This document shows positions 38,407-48,630 of a DNA stretch of 64,000 nucleotides, piece after piece. The first letter of the stretch is position 1. Each line of letters begins with the position of its first letter. Under the pieces are notes generated by a model. The model was not told the DNA's origin. It made no database searches and worked only from the letters and a program-made list of their open reading frames with translations. Where the stretch lies: the IMG/VR virus record IMGVR_UViG_3300045391_005020, one strand, 5' to 3'. The position numbers and the translations under genes were made by a program. This DNA is from a virus (taxonomy: Duplodnaviria; Caudoviricetes).

Positions 38407-40614
38407 TCAGCTCGCAAAGTTCGCGATGTAGGAGTCGACCAGCAGACTGCGGTTCGCGTTTCCGGTCGCAGTCATGCGCGTGATCGAGAACATCGGCGCG
38501 AACTCGTTGCCGGCCGCGGTCGGCAGCGTGCCTGCCACGGTTCCGATCGAGGTTCCGTTCACGTAGAACGTGATGGTGTCATTCGCCGCGTTAGCACGCG
38601 CCTCGAGAACCTGCCATCCGGTCGCGACTGCAGTCGATGACGTCGTGGTGGTACGCGCGGCAGACGCTGCGCTCTTGAGACGCCAGTTCACCGATGACGA
38701 GTGTTCGTATTCGAAATAGAAACCGTTGTTCTGATCAGTTGTGCTGTTGGCGACGATCAAATCGCCGAACCCTATTCTGAGGCGGTACGGGTTCGTCGCG
38801 TCTGACAGCGCTTCGATATTGACGACCGCAATGAATCCAATGCTCCGGCCCATCAAGAACGGCAGCACGCCCTGGTACAAATTAAGCTGAGCGCGGTTGT
38901 TCACGTTTCCGCTATTCGCGGTCATGCGAGCGACGCCACGGTGAGCAGTGGTCTGAGCCGCCGAATCCCACGTGACCGAGCCGCCGCCGGTAGTAACGGT
39001 CCAGCCGAGGAGGCCGGTATTTGCGCCGGTCAACCAGTCATCGACGATGTGCGAAGTGTTGCTCGCCAGTGCAGTGACGAGACCTTTTGCGTTGGCAGTC
39101 ACCACCGCGTATGGGAATGTTCCTACATTCGAGTTGACGGTCGCGAGCGTGAGCACGGTCGATCCGTTCGGCGACGACGCGTCACCGCTGAATGCCGGCA
39201 TTTCTGCGGTCTTGAGCAGACTTCCTGCGGTAAGACCAGCGTAGCCGTTTGCGGCATCTTTTTCGGAACGGAACTGGACTACGGTAGGATCCGCGTTCAC
39301 CGCTGGATTTCCGGACACACCGTCACCGTCCGTTACCGTCGTGCCGGTTCCGGCCACGATGGAACGCTTTGTGAACGTGTCAGCCGCAGTCTCGACAACG
39401 AGACCGGCGGTGGAGTTGAGCCCCGCCAGTGCCGTCAGGGTAGCGTCGAGTGGCTGTTTGGTCGCCAATGCAGTCACGACCGCTGACTGGCTGGGAACGC
39501 GGGACGCGGAGTTCGCCGATAGTGTTCCATCGGTGTCGAGCGCAATTCCACCCTTAATGAGTTTTCCGGTAGTGCCGTCGAACTGGGCGAAGTGGCCGTC
39601 AGTCGCGGACGCCGGACCGATCACCGCGCCGTCGAGGTTCTTCTGAATGACGTTCCAATTCGCGCCGACACCGGCCTGCGTTCCCGAGGCCGTGCCGTCA
39701 GTCGTGCAGATCGCCATATCGCCGACTTCGACGTTTACGCCCGACGCTCCGCCGATCTTTCCGGCGACCGAGATGAGGTAGAACCAGCCGGCGTCAGCAG
39801 CCGGATAATTTGGGCTCGCCGAGCAGTCGATGACGCCCTTGTAGACAACCGCGTTGGCGGTCGCGATCAGTTGATCAGCGTAGGTCTTGATAGCCTTCTC
39901 GGACGGGATCGTCGCATCCGAATTGCCGGCGAGCGTTCCGTCGGTCGAGAACGTCAACTGGCCGAAGGTATCGGTGCCGGTCGAGTAGGGGATTTTGTTA
40001 GAGCCCGTCGCGAGGCCGGAGAGAGCTGCCAGCGTGGCGTCGTAGGCCTGAACGTCGGTTCCCGGAGTCAGGTTCAGGACAGCCCGTGCAACTGCCACAC
40101 TCGATGCGATGAAGAGGGCGTCGCCGACCGTCGTCGATCCTAGAGCCGCGCGCTGTGCAGCCTGAGTGGATGCGGCCAAGAATGTGCGCGCTACCGAGGT
40201 TAGATCAGTTGTCGAAAATGCGTCGCTGCCGGTGGCGTAGATCAACTTGTCGGCCGCGGTCGCAACAGCCGCGAGAGCCGTCAGAGTCGCGTCGAGCGGC
40301 TGTTTGCCAGCCAGGTCGGTGACCAGATTCGTGATATCTGATTCGGGGTGCGTGTGATTGAACGGCGCGTAGCGTGACCAGGTCGCGACGCCGGCCGCGA
40401 TGTTGGTCAATGTGTAGACGACGTGGTTGGTCGTCTCGAGCCAGTTGGTGCCAAGCGGATAGCTATTGTCCGAGCCAGTCGGGGCCGAAGCGCTCCGGAC
40501 ATGGACCTGCACCAAATTTCCGTCGCCATCAAGGGCCTCTTCGCCGGCCGTGATGACGCGGCTCTGGTCCTTGGTTTCATCATTGATGATCAGAGCTTTG
40601 TTGAGATCCGTCAT
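38407..40614 (-). CDS. Tail fibre protein 2 with lectin-like C-terminal domain
   Basis: [12 protein letters not shown] repeats, H.H..SDIT.L motif, Gly/Thr/Ala-rich shaft, beta-sandwich tip. Confidence 0.8.
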   Translation of the reverse strand: MTDLNKALIINDETKDQSRVITAGEEALDGDGNLVQVHVRSASAPTGSDNSYPLGTNWLETTNHVVYTLTNIAAGVATWSRYAPFNHTHPESDITNLVTDLAGKQPLDATLTALAAVATAADKLIYATGSDAFSTTDLTSVARTFLAASTQAAQRAALGSTTVGDALFIASSVAVARAVLNLTPGTDVQAYDATLAALSGLATGSNKIPYSTGTDTFGQLTFSTDGTLAGNSDATIPSEKAIKTYADQLIATANAVVYKGVIDCSASPNYPAADAGWFYLISVAGKIGGASGVNVEVGDMAICTTDGTASGTQAGVGANWNVIQKNLDGAVIGPASATDGHFAQFDGTTGKLIKGGIALDTDGTLSANSASRVPSQSAVVTALATKQPLDATLTALAGLNSTAGLVVETAADTFTKRSIVAGTGTTVTDGDGVSGNPAVNADPTVVQFRSEKDAANGYAGLTAGSLLKTAEMPAFSGDASSPNGSTVLTLATVNSNVGTFPYAVVTANAKGLVTALASNTSHIVDDWLTGANTGLLGWTVTTGGGSVTWDSAAQTTAHRGVARMTANSGNVNNRAQLNLYQGVLPFLMGRSIGFIAVVNIEALSDATNPYRLRIGFGDLIVANSTTDQNNGFYFEYEHSSSVNWRLKSAASAARTTTTSSTAVATGWQVLEARANAANDTITFYVNGTSIGTVAGTLPTAAGNEFAPMFSITRMTATGNANRSLLVDSYIANFAS

Positions 40615-40615
40615 A

Positions 40616-41011
40616 TCACGTCTTCTTGTTGCGATCCACGTAGGTCATGGGTTCGCGCGGACGCGTCCGGACTGGTTCGTAGTTGAGGCGGGTCAGTAAT
40701 TTCTTGGCGTCGACCAGAACGTTCGCGACGTCGCCGCGCAGGTAGAGGAACGCCTGCTTGCGCCGCATCTCGAGCATGAAGTCCTCGAGGATCAGGAAGA
40801 GCTGTCCGAGCTGGTGCACGACCTCGTCGTTGGGTTTGATCTCGGGGCTCTGAATCACGACCAGGTTGTCCTGCTGGACGGCTTTCAGGCGCGCCTCGGC
40901 GTCGGTCAATTCAGCCATCGCTGCATCCCAGACGGTCTGGCCAACCTTCTTGCCATTCATGACTTGCTCTAAAACGAGCCTGATGTTGTCCACCGACACC
41001 TCACTGTACAA
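40616..41011 (-). CDS. Hypothetical helical protein
   Basis: 131-aa ORF; real start probably a GTG slightly downstream because the TTG overlaps a -10-like box. Confidence 0.6.
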   Translation of the reverse strand: MYSEVSVDNIRLVLEQVMNGKKVGQTVWDAAMAELTDAEARLKAVQQDNLVVIQSPEIKPNDEVVHQLGQLFLILEDFMLEMRRKQAFLYLRGDVANVLVDAKKLLTRLNYEPVRTRPREPMTYVDRNKKT

Positions 41012-41059
41012 ATTACAGGTGGGCCCCTGTAATGCACCAAAACCGGCCCCGTGAGGCGC

Positions 41060-42016
41060 TTACTGGACCTGGAAGGTCAGGATCGAGTCGAACTGGGCTG
41101 GGTTCATGCCCGTGATGGACTTCACGTGGGTCCAGGTTTCGCCGTCGTTCGACCCCTCGATCTCGAGACCCGAGGTGCCAGGCCAATAGGGTCCGATCAC
41201 CAGTCGGATCGACCTGATCGTCTGGGCATGCTGGAGATCGCAGCTCCACCAGGCCTGGCTGTGATCGCGCAGCACGTTTGTGGACCAGTGGGTCCCGAGA
41301 TTGCCGTCGATCGCGTAGTGGGCCGGATTGTTTCCGCTGTTGTCCGAGTTGGTATCGGCGGTGACGCCGTACTCGGCCAGCGCGATGTTGTTCACGAACG
41401 GGTACTCGCACGCGAGTCCGATCTCGTGGTACGACCAGTTGCCCTTCTGCTTCGAGTTGCTGGTCAGACGCCAGTAACGGAAGCAGTAGAGCTGGTTGGG
41501 GCCGCGGCCACTCGGGACGCGAGCGACTGGCTCGTTCGACAACGTAGACTTTTTGGCCGACTTGCGCTCGGGAGCTTTCTGTTCCAGAGGCTTGTGCTTC
41601 TCCACCTTCGGCTTCTGCAATTTCTGCGGCTTCGGGGCTTCCGGCTTCGGCTTCTTGGGCTGCGAAACTTCCTGACCCAGGTTGAAGACCCGGCCCTTTC
41701 GGCCCGGCGTGACTTCCTGTTTCGGCAGTTTCGGCTCGGCCGGCTTTTCGACCTTCTTTACCGCGGGCTTCGCGACCGGCTTCATCACCGGTTTCGGCGG
41801 AAGTTTCGGAAGCGGTTTCGGGTTCGGGGACAGCTGCTTACCGCTTTGATCGAACACGCGACCACGGCGTCCGACGTGAACCTTGGGTTCAGTCGGTTTG
41901 GCTTCAGGAGCCTTTGGGGCGGGCGCTTTCGGTGTCGGAGCCTTAGGGGCTTCTGTCTTCTGGTTCGCCGGGAACACGCGCCCGCGGCGTCCAACGTGTG
42001 GATGCTTGTCCGTCAT
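41060..42016 (-). CDS. Protein with Lys/Pro-rich repetitive N-terminus and C-terminal discoidin (F5/8 type C)-like domain
   Basis: GR(R/K)GRVF x3; AIDGN..T.WS...W..CDL...I..I.L...IEGSNDG.TW. Confidence 0.75.
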   Translation of the reverse strand: MTDKHPHVGRRGRVFPANQKTEAPKAPTPKAPAPKAPEAKPTEPKVHVGRRGRVFDQSGKQLSPNPKPLPKLPPKPVMKPVAKPAVKKVEKPAEPKLPKQEVTPGRKGRVFNLGQEVSQPKKPKPEAPKPQKLQKPKVEKHKPLEQKAPERKSAKKSTLSNEPVARVPSGRGPNQLYCFRYWRLTSNSKQKGNWSYHEIGLACEYPFVNNIALAEYGVTADTNSDNSGNNPAHYAIDGNLGTHWSTNVLRDHSQAWWSCDLQHAQTIRSIRLVIGPYWPGTSGLEIEGSNDGETWTHVKSITGMNPAQFDSILTFQVQ

Positions 42017-42022
42017 GACTCG

Positions 42023-42508
42023 TTACGGCTCCGTCGGCCAGGTTGGGGTATAGGCGATGAGGGCAGCTTCGTCGGCGCAGGCATCGATCTCGGTGTCGGC
42101 GGTTTCGGGAAGATCGCGAAGCGCCTGCCGGAAGGCCGCGTAATCGTCCTTCTCTTGCTGGGTTCCTACGGCCTGCAGGCGCAGCCACTCTTTGTCGGAG
42201 GCATCGAGACGCTGGTCGCGTTGAGCGCGGACGTCAGCTTTCGCCTGTATCTTCGCAAGCGAGACATCGGTCGTGACGACATCATCGTCGAGACGCCAGC
42301 ACGACCGGAACCTGCGCGAAGTAGGGACGTCGTCTGCATCAACCTTCACGTAGTCGAGATCACCGAACTGCTCCGGCGCATCCTCTTGGAGCTTAGTTGC
42401 GATTCGATCGAGGTATTGATCCTCGGTCTCGCCCTCGATCATCTCCTCAAGTGGCGTGGTGACAGAGACAGTGCCGTCATCATTTTCCCAGACGATTACT
42501 TTGCTCAT
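42023..42508 (-). CDS. Tail fibre assembly chaperone
   Basis: VRAQRDQRLDASD...RQALRDLP...WPTEP signature. Confidence 0.85.
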   Translation of the reverse strand: MSKVIVWENDDGTVSVTTPLEEMIEGETEDQYLDRIATKLQEDAPEQFGDLDYVKVDADDVPTSRRFRSCWRLDDDVVTTDVSLAKIQAKADVRAQRDQRLDASDKEWLRLQAVGTQQEKDDYAAFRQALRDLPETADTEIDACADEAALIAYTPTWPTEP

Positions 42509-42897
42509 TATTGGTCTCCGAAAACGACGACCGAGTTAAAGCCCATGTCGTCAAGGGAACCCGTATTGGAGACGGTGGCCTGAATACGGACAGCACTACC
42601 GCTGAAGGACTGAGAGGTAAACGAACGGTTAGCCGTCGATCCGCCCATAGCAACGGCGGCATAGGAGCTGCCGCTCATCGGTGTGGTAAAGTTAACCGTT
42701 GCGTCACCGACCCCATTATCCGTCATCGACGTCACATTGTAGCTGGCGGCGATCGTTATAGTGGACGAGTTAGAATAACGCACCCATGCCTTAGCGACGC
42801 CCGGATGATTACGAACGCGATTCGGATATACGGGACGCACCGATGCCGACTCCGCTTCCAACTCTGCTTGGGTAGCTTGCCCAGGTTTATAAGTCAT
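42508..42897 (-). CDS. Stand-alone fibre-tip-like domain, copy B
   Basis: AKAWV...SYNVTS.TDNG.GD.TVNFT..M...Y motif; 129 aa. Confidence 0.75.
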   Translation of the reverse strand: MTYKPGQATQAELEAESASVRPVYPNRVRNHPGVAKAWVRYSNSSTITIAASYNVTSMTDNGVGDATVNFTTPMSGSSYAAVAMGGSTANRSFTSQSFSGSAVRIQATVSNTGSLDDMGFNSVVVFGDQ

Positions 42898-43286
42898 TAT
42901 TGATCCCCAAAAACGACGACCGAATTGAAGCTCATATCGTCGGCTGCGCCCGAGGTAGATACGGTCGCCTGGACGCGAACGCTTCCTGTATTGAAAGCTG
43001 TAGACGTGAAAGAGCGGCCAGCACTTGCGCCGCCCATAGCAACAGCTGCATACGACGTGCTGCTCATTGCTGTCGTAAAGTTAACCGTTGCGTCACCAAC
43101 TCCGTTGTCGGTCACCGACGTGACGTTGTAACTGTTGGCAATCGTGAGAGTGGACGCGTTGGTGTAGCGCACCCATGCCTTCGCAACACCTGGGTGGTTG
43201 CGAAGGCGATTAGGCGGAACAGGCCGTACCGATGCCGATTCCGCCTCCATCTCTGCTTGGGAAGCCTGCCCAGGTCTGTACGTCAT
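42897..43286 (-). CDS. Stand-alone fibre-tip-like domain, copy A
   Basis: 129 aa from ATG 43286, about 78% identical to copy B; TAATG coupling. Confidence 0.75.
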   Translation of the reverse strand: MTYRPGQASQAEMEAESASVRPVPPNRLRNHPGVAKAWVRYTNASTLTIANSYNVTSVTDNGVGDATVNFTTAMSSTSYAAVAMGGASAGRSFTSTAFNTGSVRVQATVSTSGAADDMSFNSVVVFGDQ

Positions 43287-43296
43287 CTCATATTCC

Positions 43297-46200
43297 TTAG
43301 ATGATGTGCCAGTTGGTGCCGTCGCTTTGGACGGTGGTGGCGTCGTACTGATCGGTGATCGGAATCGACGACTGACCGTCAATGTTTCCGCTCGTCGCTG
43401 TAATGTTGAGCGTGTTGGCCGAGGCCGTCTTCTTAATCACGAACATGCGACCCGTATGACTCGACGCCGCCGGTAGCGTCGCGGTCAGGGTCGCTGAGGT
43501 GGTATCGAACAGGACCGTGTGGTCTGTTTCGATCAGCGAGTAGTTGCCCGACTTGGACGAGATCGCCTGAACCCAGCCGGTACCCTTGATGCTTCCGATA
43601 ACCTGGAGCAGGTTGACGGAGTCGTCGGTCGACGTTCCGAGCAGCAGTCTACCGCTGGTCGTAAACATCGCGCGATAGGTGTTGTTGGTCAGGAAGCCGA
43701 TGCCGGTGGTGGACTGGAGATGCAGTGCCGACCCGCCTGCGTTGGCCGTGTTGTTTCCGCCGTTGGTGAAGACAAAGCCCGCGTTCGAGGTGATATCGTT
43801 GCTGAGACGCAGCGCAGTCGTCGCGCTGCTTCCGGTGCTGGTGTTCTCGATCGTGAGAAGATTGAGACCGCCGTTGTTTGCTCCGGTACCAATCATGGCG
43901 CCGGTTACCGTCATCGTGGATGAGCCGTTATTCCATGTGAAGGCTGACGACGCCCCGAATGCACCGGAGTTGTTATACTGGATCTGGGTGTTCGATCCGG
44001 CTGGCGTCGAGCCCGATCCATTGGATGCTGCAGTGATGCGGCCCTTGGCATCGACCGTGATGTTTGCGCTGGTGAACGAACCGACGTTCGAGTTGACCGT
44101 CGCTAGCGTGGTGGCGACCGAGCCAGCCGACGTCGTGATATCGCCCGTGAGGGCCGGCATGCGCGCGGCCAACAAGGTGCCGGCATTGAGGTTGCCGGCG
44201 TCGCGATAGAACGAGCCGTTCTGTCCGCCCAGTAGTTCGACGTTCAGATTGCTGACCTGAGTCGTGCTAGCGATAACCAGCGGAGCCGTTCCGGTGCTGA
44301 CAGTGGAGGTGATCTGACCGCTCGAGCTGACCGCTCCCGCTGTCAGGGTTCCGCCGTTCAGGTTCAGCGGAGATGCGCCACCCGAGGCATAGAGACCAAG
44401 GTTGATCAGCGCTGTGCGGAGATCAGTCGTGTTGGTCGGCTGTACAACCGCGCTTGCGCCAAAGAAACCAAGCATTGCGGCGGTGCCGCTGGCTTCAGCA
44501 CGGATGCACTCGCGTGCGGCAGTGTCGTATGCGGAGAGAGTGAGCCGCGCTTTTCTGGTAGCGTCAGTAGCTGTTGCCCAAGACGACGAGATAAATGCCT
44601 GGTCTCGATCATTCGTCGTGTCTGACTTAGCGCGTAGCGAGATACCCGAGCCGAAACCAGTTGTCGGCGTTCCCGAGCTATTGTGTGCGGCGATGATTGT
44701 GTTGGTTGCCGTGTTGGTGGCCGAGTCGCTCACGGTAAGCGATGCCGCGGATGTCGATCCACTTCCCGTTATGGCGATAGATCCGCCCGAGGCCGACAAG
44801 GTTGTAGCATTAAGCGTTGTGAAGGTTGCAGCGCCCGGCGTTCCGCCGCCGATTGTTCCGGGAGACGCGAAGGTCGCGCCGCTGAGCGACGAGGCATTCA
44901 GATTCGCTACGTTGGTCGTGCTAGCGACGACGAAAGGTGCTGTACCGGTCGAGACCGTAGAAGTGATCTGGCCGGAAGCCGACAGCGTCGTGAACGTACC
45001 GGAGCCAGGGGTGCCGTTACCGATTGAACCCGGCGACGCAAAGGTCGCCCCGTTCAGCAAGTTTGCGTTCAGGTTCGCGACGACAGTGGTGCTCGCGACA
45101 GTCATCGGCGCGGTGCCGGTGGCCTGCGTCAGGTTAAGCGTCGTCATTCGGGATTCGCCGTTGACGATAAGGAATGTGGAGGCCACGTCTGTCGTGGTGT
45201 TGATCAACAGGTGGCCGCTGCTGTTCAGCGTCATCCGTTTCGTCGGCGACACACTACCAGCGCCGGCGTTCGTGTAGAATTCGACCTGACCAGGAACGGT
45301 CGTTGAGTTATTTATCGTGCCAGACGGACTCACGGCCAAGCGGATTTCACCAACCTGGACGTAGTTCAGGCCGTCAGCGGCCCAGCCGCTCAACCCAAGA
45401 ACGGGATCGCTGTTGTTAACAACAGTCGGAGCGCCAGTAAGGCCAGTCGAGCGATTCTTGAAGCACTGAATCTGTGCGAAGTTTTGATTCGCACCGTTCA
45501 CGATGTAGGAGGCCAGCGCCTGGGCCGAATTGGTGGCCACGTAGCCGTGTTGCGGAGTACCAATGATCGCCGTTAGCGCAGCGTTGAACGAAGCGCCCGT
45601 GCTGCCGCTGATGAACGGATCGACATTATTGATGCTGACACCGGTGATGGTGCCGCCCGTGATCGAGACGTTGTCGGAGGCCTGAGTCGAGATTGTCCCA
45701 AGACCAAGCGTCCCTCTCGCGACCGAATTCGACGTATCGTCGAGCAGGCTTCGGGCAAATGGTGTGCAGGTGATCTCTTCGATCACGCCCGCTCCGGCGC
45801 TCGAACGACCGAGTAATTTATCCGTCGCGCTAACGTCCTGAATCTTAGAGTACGTGACGGTGCTGTTCGCTAGCTTGGCACCGGTAATCCCGAGATCCTT
45901 GACGCGAAGGATGTTCGAGTTGATTTCGATCGTAGAGCCATCGACGTTGACCGAGAACTGATTACCAGTCAGGGTGAGACCCGACCCGGCCGTGTAGGTT
46001 CCGGCGCCGCTGAACTGCGTGAAGGTGATCGGGTCGGTACCGAGAACGCCGCCCGTATTGGATGTGCAGACCCAGCCAGTGTTGTCGTTGGTCGTACCTT
46101 GTTCGACGAACACGAAAGCGGCCGGAGCTTCAGGATACGTGTCCATATCGAGAGCACGGGTCCACGAACCCGACGCGACCACGTAGATGCCGTTGTTTTC

Positions 46201-47322
46201 CGTCAGGGTCTGGTTCTTGACCAGTACGCGGTTACCAACGATCAGCGAAACGCCGTCAACGGTCTGAGTTCCCGAGAGTGTGATGTTCGCGGTTGTAGCG
46301 GCCCTTACCGAATCCTTGGCGTCCAGGCCCTGCACCCTTGCATCGACGTACGCTTTGGTCGCGGCATCTTGCGGGCTGACCGGATCCAAGAGATTAGTCA
46401 GGAGCTGGCTGTTCCAGCTGACCGATGAAAGAGGCGCGGCCATCTGATCGAGACGGCTGAGACGGACCTGCGTATCGAAATCGCTAATCGTCGACGCGGG
46501 TTGCGCGTTGATGTGATTGGAGCGGTCGAGGTAGTAAGCGCCGTTGTGAAGCTGGAGAGTATCGGCGTCGTTTGTGCCGGTGTGGTTGGCTCGGTCGAGA
46601 TAATACGCACCGTCTTGGTTTTCGAGCAGCGAGGCGTTGCTCGCAGTTCCCGTAATTCCACCAGTCGCCGACAGCGTAGTGAAGTAGCCAGGTGCCGGAT
46701 TAGTGCTTCCGATATCAGGAGGGGACGCCAGTGCGTTTGCGAGGTCGTCAGCGACTATGAATCTGAAACCAGGCGCTGCATTGGCGCCGCTCACTGGTCC
46801 GGCGAACACGCGATTTGCACCGGTCGTTGACTGACCAGTACCGCCATTCGCAACGGCCAGCTGACCGGTGAGGGTCGAAACCGACTGAGTTCCAGTGTGA
46901 TTAGCGCGGCTCAAGTAGTAGGCGCCGTTCTGACCTTGCAGAAGAGCAGAGTCAGCAGCGTTGGTCGCGTTCGTGGCAGTATCGGCGTTACCGAACAGGT
47001 TTCCGGTCACATCGCCGGTCACGTCACCCGTAAGGTTGCCTGTCACGTCGCCAGTCAGATCGCCTGCGAACTCATCGGCGGCAGCCTGTCCTTGAACGTA
47101 TATACCGGCGGTGGTGATGGCCAGCCGCTCCATGCCCAAAACAACAAAGCCCATCTTCTCCGCACTGACGGTGCGGTCGAAGTAGTAGCCGATCCGGCCC
47201 GAATCCGTGTGGGCCGTGGTCGCGTAGTTGTTGTTGCTCAGCGGGGCGGCAACGGCGAGCGACGAGGCGCTGCCGAGGATACCGCTACGAATGCCGAGAC
47301 GAGCTAAGAGCGACTGTTCCAT
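43297..47322 (-). CDS. Long tail fibre protein 1
   Basis: 1341 aa Gly/Thr/Ser/Asn-rich; DAATKAYVD, VRAATTANITLSG.QTVDGV...RVLVKNQ....NGIY module, internal repeats, C-terminal SDGTNW. Confidence 0.88.
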   Translation of the reverse strand: MEQSLLARLGIRSGILGSASSLAVAAPLSNNNYATTAHTDSGRIGYYFDRTVSAEKMGFVVLGMERLAITTAGIYVQGQAAADEFAGDLTGDVTGNLTGDVTGDVTGNLFGNADTATNATNAADSALLQGQNGAYYLSRANHTGTQSVSTLTGQLAVANGGTGQSTTGANRVFAGPVSGANAAPGFRFIVADDLANALASPPDIGSTNPAPGYFTTLSATGGITGTASNASLLENQDGAYYLDRANHTGTNDADTLQLHNGAYYLDRSNHINAQPASTISDFDTQVRLSRLDQMAAPLSSVSWNSQLLTNLLDPVSPQDAATKAYVDARVQGLDAKDSVRAATTANITLSGTQTVDGVSLIVGNRVLVKNQTLTENNGIYVVASGSWTRALDMDTYPEAPAAFVFVEQGTTNDNTGWVCTSNTGGVLGTDPITFTQFSGAGTYTAGSGLTLTGNQFSVNVDGSTIEINSNILRVKDLGITGAKLANSTVTYSKIQDVSATDKLLGRSSAGAGVIEEITCTPFARSLLDDTSNSVARGTLGLGTISTQASDNVSITGGTITGVSINNVDPFISGSTGASFNAALTAIIGTPQHGYVATNSAQALASYIVNGANQNFAQIQCFKNRSTGLTGAPTVVNNSDPVLGLSGWAADGLNYVQVGEIRLAVSPSGTINNSTTVPGQVEFYTNAGAGSVSPTKRMTLNSSGHLLINTTTDVASTFLIVNGESRMTTLNLTQATGTAPMTVASTTVVANLNANLLNGATFASPGSIGNGTPGSGTFTTLSASGQITSTVSTGTAPFVVASTTNVANLNASSLSGATFASPGTIGGGTPGAATFTTLNATTLSASGGSIAITGSGSTSAASLTVSDSATNTATNTIIAAHNSSGTPTTGFGSGISLRAKSDTTNDRDQAFISSSWATATDATRKARLTLSAYDTAARECIRAEASGTAAMLGFFGASAVVQPTNTTDLRTALINLGLYASGGASPLNLNGGTLTAGAVSSSGQITSTVSTGTAPLVIASTTQVSNLNVELLGGQNGSFYRDAGNLNAGTLLAARMPALTGDITTSAGSVATTLATVNSNVGSFTSANITVDAKGRITAASNGSGSTPAGSNTQIQYNNSGAFGASSAFTWNNGSSTMTVTGAMIGTGANNGGLNLLTIENTSTGSSATTALRLSNDITSNAGFVFTNGGNNTANAGGSALHLQSTTGIGFLTNNTYRAMFTTSGRLLLGTSTDDSVNLLQVIGSIKGTGWVQAISSKSGNYSLIETDHTVLFDTTSATLTATLPAASSHTGRMFVIKKTASANTLNITATSGNIDGQSSIPITDQYDATTVQSDGTNWHII

Positions 47323-47360
47323 TGTGGATCACCAATTCTGCCAATTACCAATTCGAAATC

Positions 47361-47765
47361 TTAGTCGAGACCTTCGGTCGTGTACTCGATCATCCAATCC
47401 AGCACGACCAGGAGCGTGTGCGGGATGTCCGCGTTCTTGTCGAGCTGCAGCCATTCTTCTTTGATGGCTCCGCACTCGACGTCATGTTTGACCTCGAGCA
47501 TCTTCTTGTACTCGATATTGAACTTCTCGATCGCCTCTTTGTCGTCCTGTTTCTTGTCGAGACCGCACTCCTTGAGCAGCGCTTCGCGTTGCTCATCCAG
47601 GAGCTGGACGACTTCGATCAGTTTCTTGAGACGCTTAGCGAACACGATCTTCGCTTTGGCGTCGAACTTGTAGAGGGCCTTGCCGTCTTTGTCGACGATG
47701 GACAGCCGCTTGATGGCGTCGGCCGACTCGATGGCCTCTTGGCCGGTGATGCTATACTTGGACAC
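47361..47765 (-). CDS. Small helical fibre-adjacent phage protein (DUF1617-like)
   Basis: Strong SD AAAGGA before GTG; K..K.L..........R..L...G pattern. Confidence 0.6.
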   Translation of the reverse strand: MSKYSITGQEAIESADAIKRLSIVDKDGKALYKFDAKAKIVFAKRLKKLIEVVQLLDEQREALLKECGLDKKQDDKEAIEKFNIEYKKMLEVKHDVECGAIKEEWLQLDKNADIPHTLLVVLDWMIEYTTEGLD

Positions 47766-47827
47766 TTGGGTTCCTTTCCCCGCAAGAGTTTTGAAATAAC
47801 CGCTGTTAGATTAGGTCAAAACTATTG

Positions 47828-48316
47828 TTACGCATCACTTGTATGGCGCCGGATGTGAGCGGCCCAGCCGCTCGAGCCGGCCGTGGCTCGAAGACGAAAC
47901 GCAGTGCCGGAGATATCCACATCCAGGGTTACATCGATGGTTCCGGCTGTCAGGACCACGTTGTTCTGGGTATGGAAAGCCGAGATGTTGTCGTGCACGG
48001 CCCGGATGGTCGTGCTGTACCGTTCATTGCCTTTTACCAGATTCACCGACCACTCGACGTCTCCGACCGCGGACTTCAGGACCGAGTCGAGAGTCTGGGC
48101 GCCTGGCGCCAGCGCGACCGAAGCGACCGTGCCGGCCTTGAGGCCGAGCTCCTGGAGTGCCGCCTCGACATCGGTTCCGACGAAGTAATCGCCGGTATCC
48201 GTGATCGAGCTGTTGGCCGCCGTGTTTGGCGGCAGCCAACCCGGATCGAGCTTGCCGAGACCATCGGCGATGGGGACGCGGTTTGCGCCTGGATTCGGGG
48301 TTGCATACGTGGTCAC
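47828..48316 (-). CDS. Putative virion protein
   Basis: GKLD..WLP and D.G.YF.GTDVEAALQEL fibre/decoration motifs. Confidence 0.65.
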   Translation of the reverse strand: MTTYATPNPGANRVPIADGLGKLDPGWLPPNTAANSSITDTGDYFVGTDVEAALQELGLKAGTVASVALAPGAQTLDSVLKSAVGDVEWSVNLVKGNERYSTTIRAVHDNISAFHTQNNVVLTAGTIDVTLDVDISGTAFRLRATAGSSGWAAHIRRHTSDA

Positions 48317-48549
48317 GGAAGCACCTGGATAGGAGTCGAGTCGGCGAGATTGAGGACCAGCGAATCGTCCGAGAGATCGCGCAGGTAATCAGTGGTGTCG
48401 TCGACACTGGTGAAATACCGCAAGATGAACGCCGGCGTCATTACCGGAATACCCGCGCGCACACGATTGATCGGCGATCTAGGCACCAGACGGATCTCGG
48501 GAATCGAGATCGTTCTTTTGCCGTTGGTGTCGCGAAACCGTCTACTCAT
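48313..48549 (-). CDS. Small hypothetical protein
   Basis: 78 aa, GTGA overlap with the next gene. Confidence 0.55.
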   Translation of the reverse strand: MSRRFRDTNGKRTISIPEIRLVPRSPINRVRAGIPVMTPAFILRYFTSVDDTTDYLRDLSDDSLVLNLADSTPIQVLP

Positions 48550-48572
48550 GGGTCAAAGTCCTCTGCGGTAAC

Positions 48573-48607
48573 AAAAGAGGCCGAGTCCGCGTAGCGAACC
48601 CGGCCTC
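48573..48607 (-). terminator. Intrinsic terminator
   Basis: gaggccgggttcgc/gcggactcggcctc stem (with G-U pairs) followed by TTTTGTT. Confidence 0.75.
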
Positions 48608-48630
48608 CTTCAGTCGGGCCTCAGAAGGGA

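Noticed and set aside
42508-43286. Possible diversity-generating retroelement TR/VR pair
   Set aside because: Differences are spread over all bases and include many synonymous third-position changes rather than being adenine-specific; both copies are intact genes; no reverse transcriptase in the window
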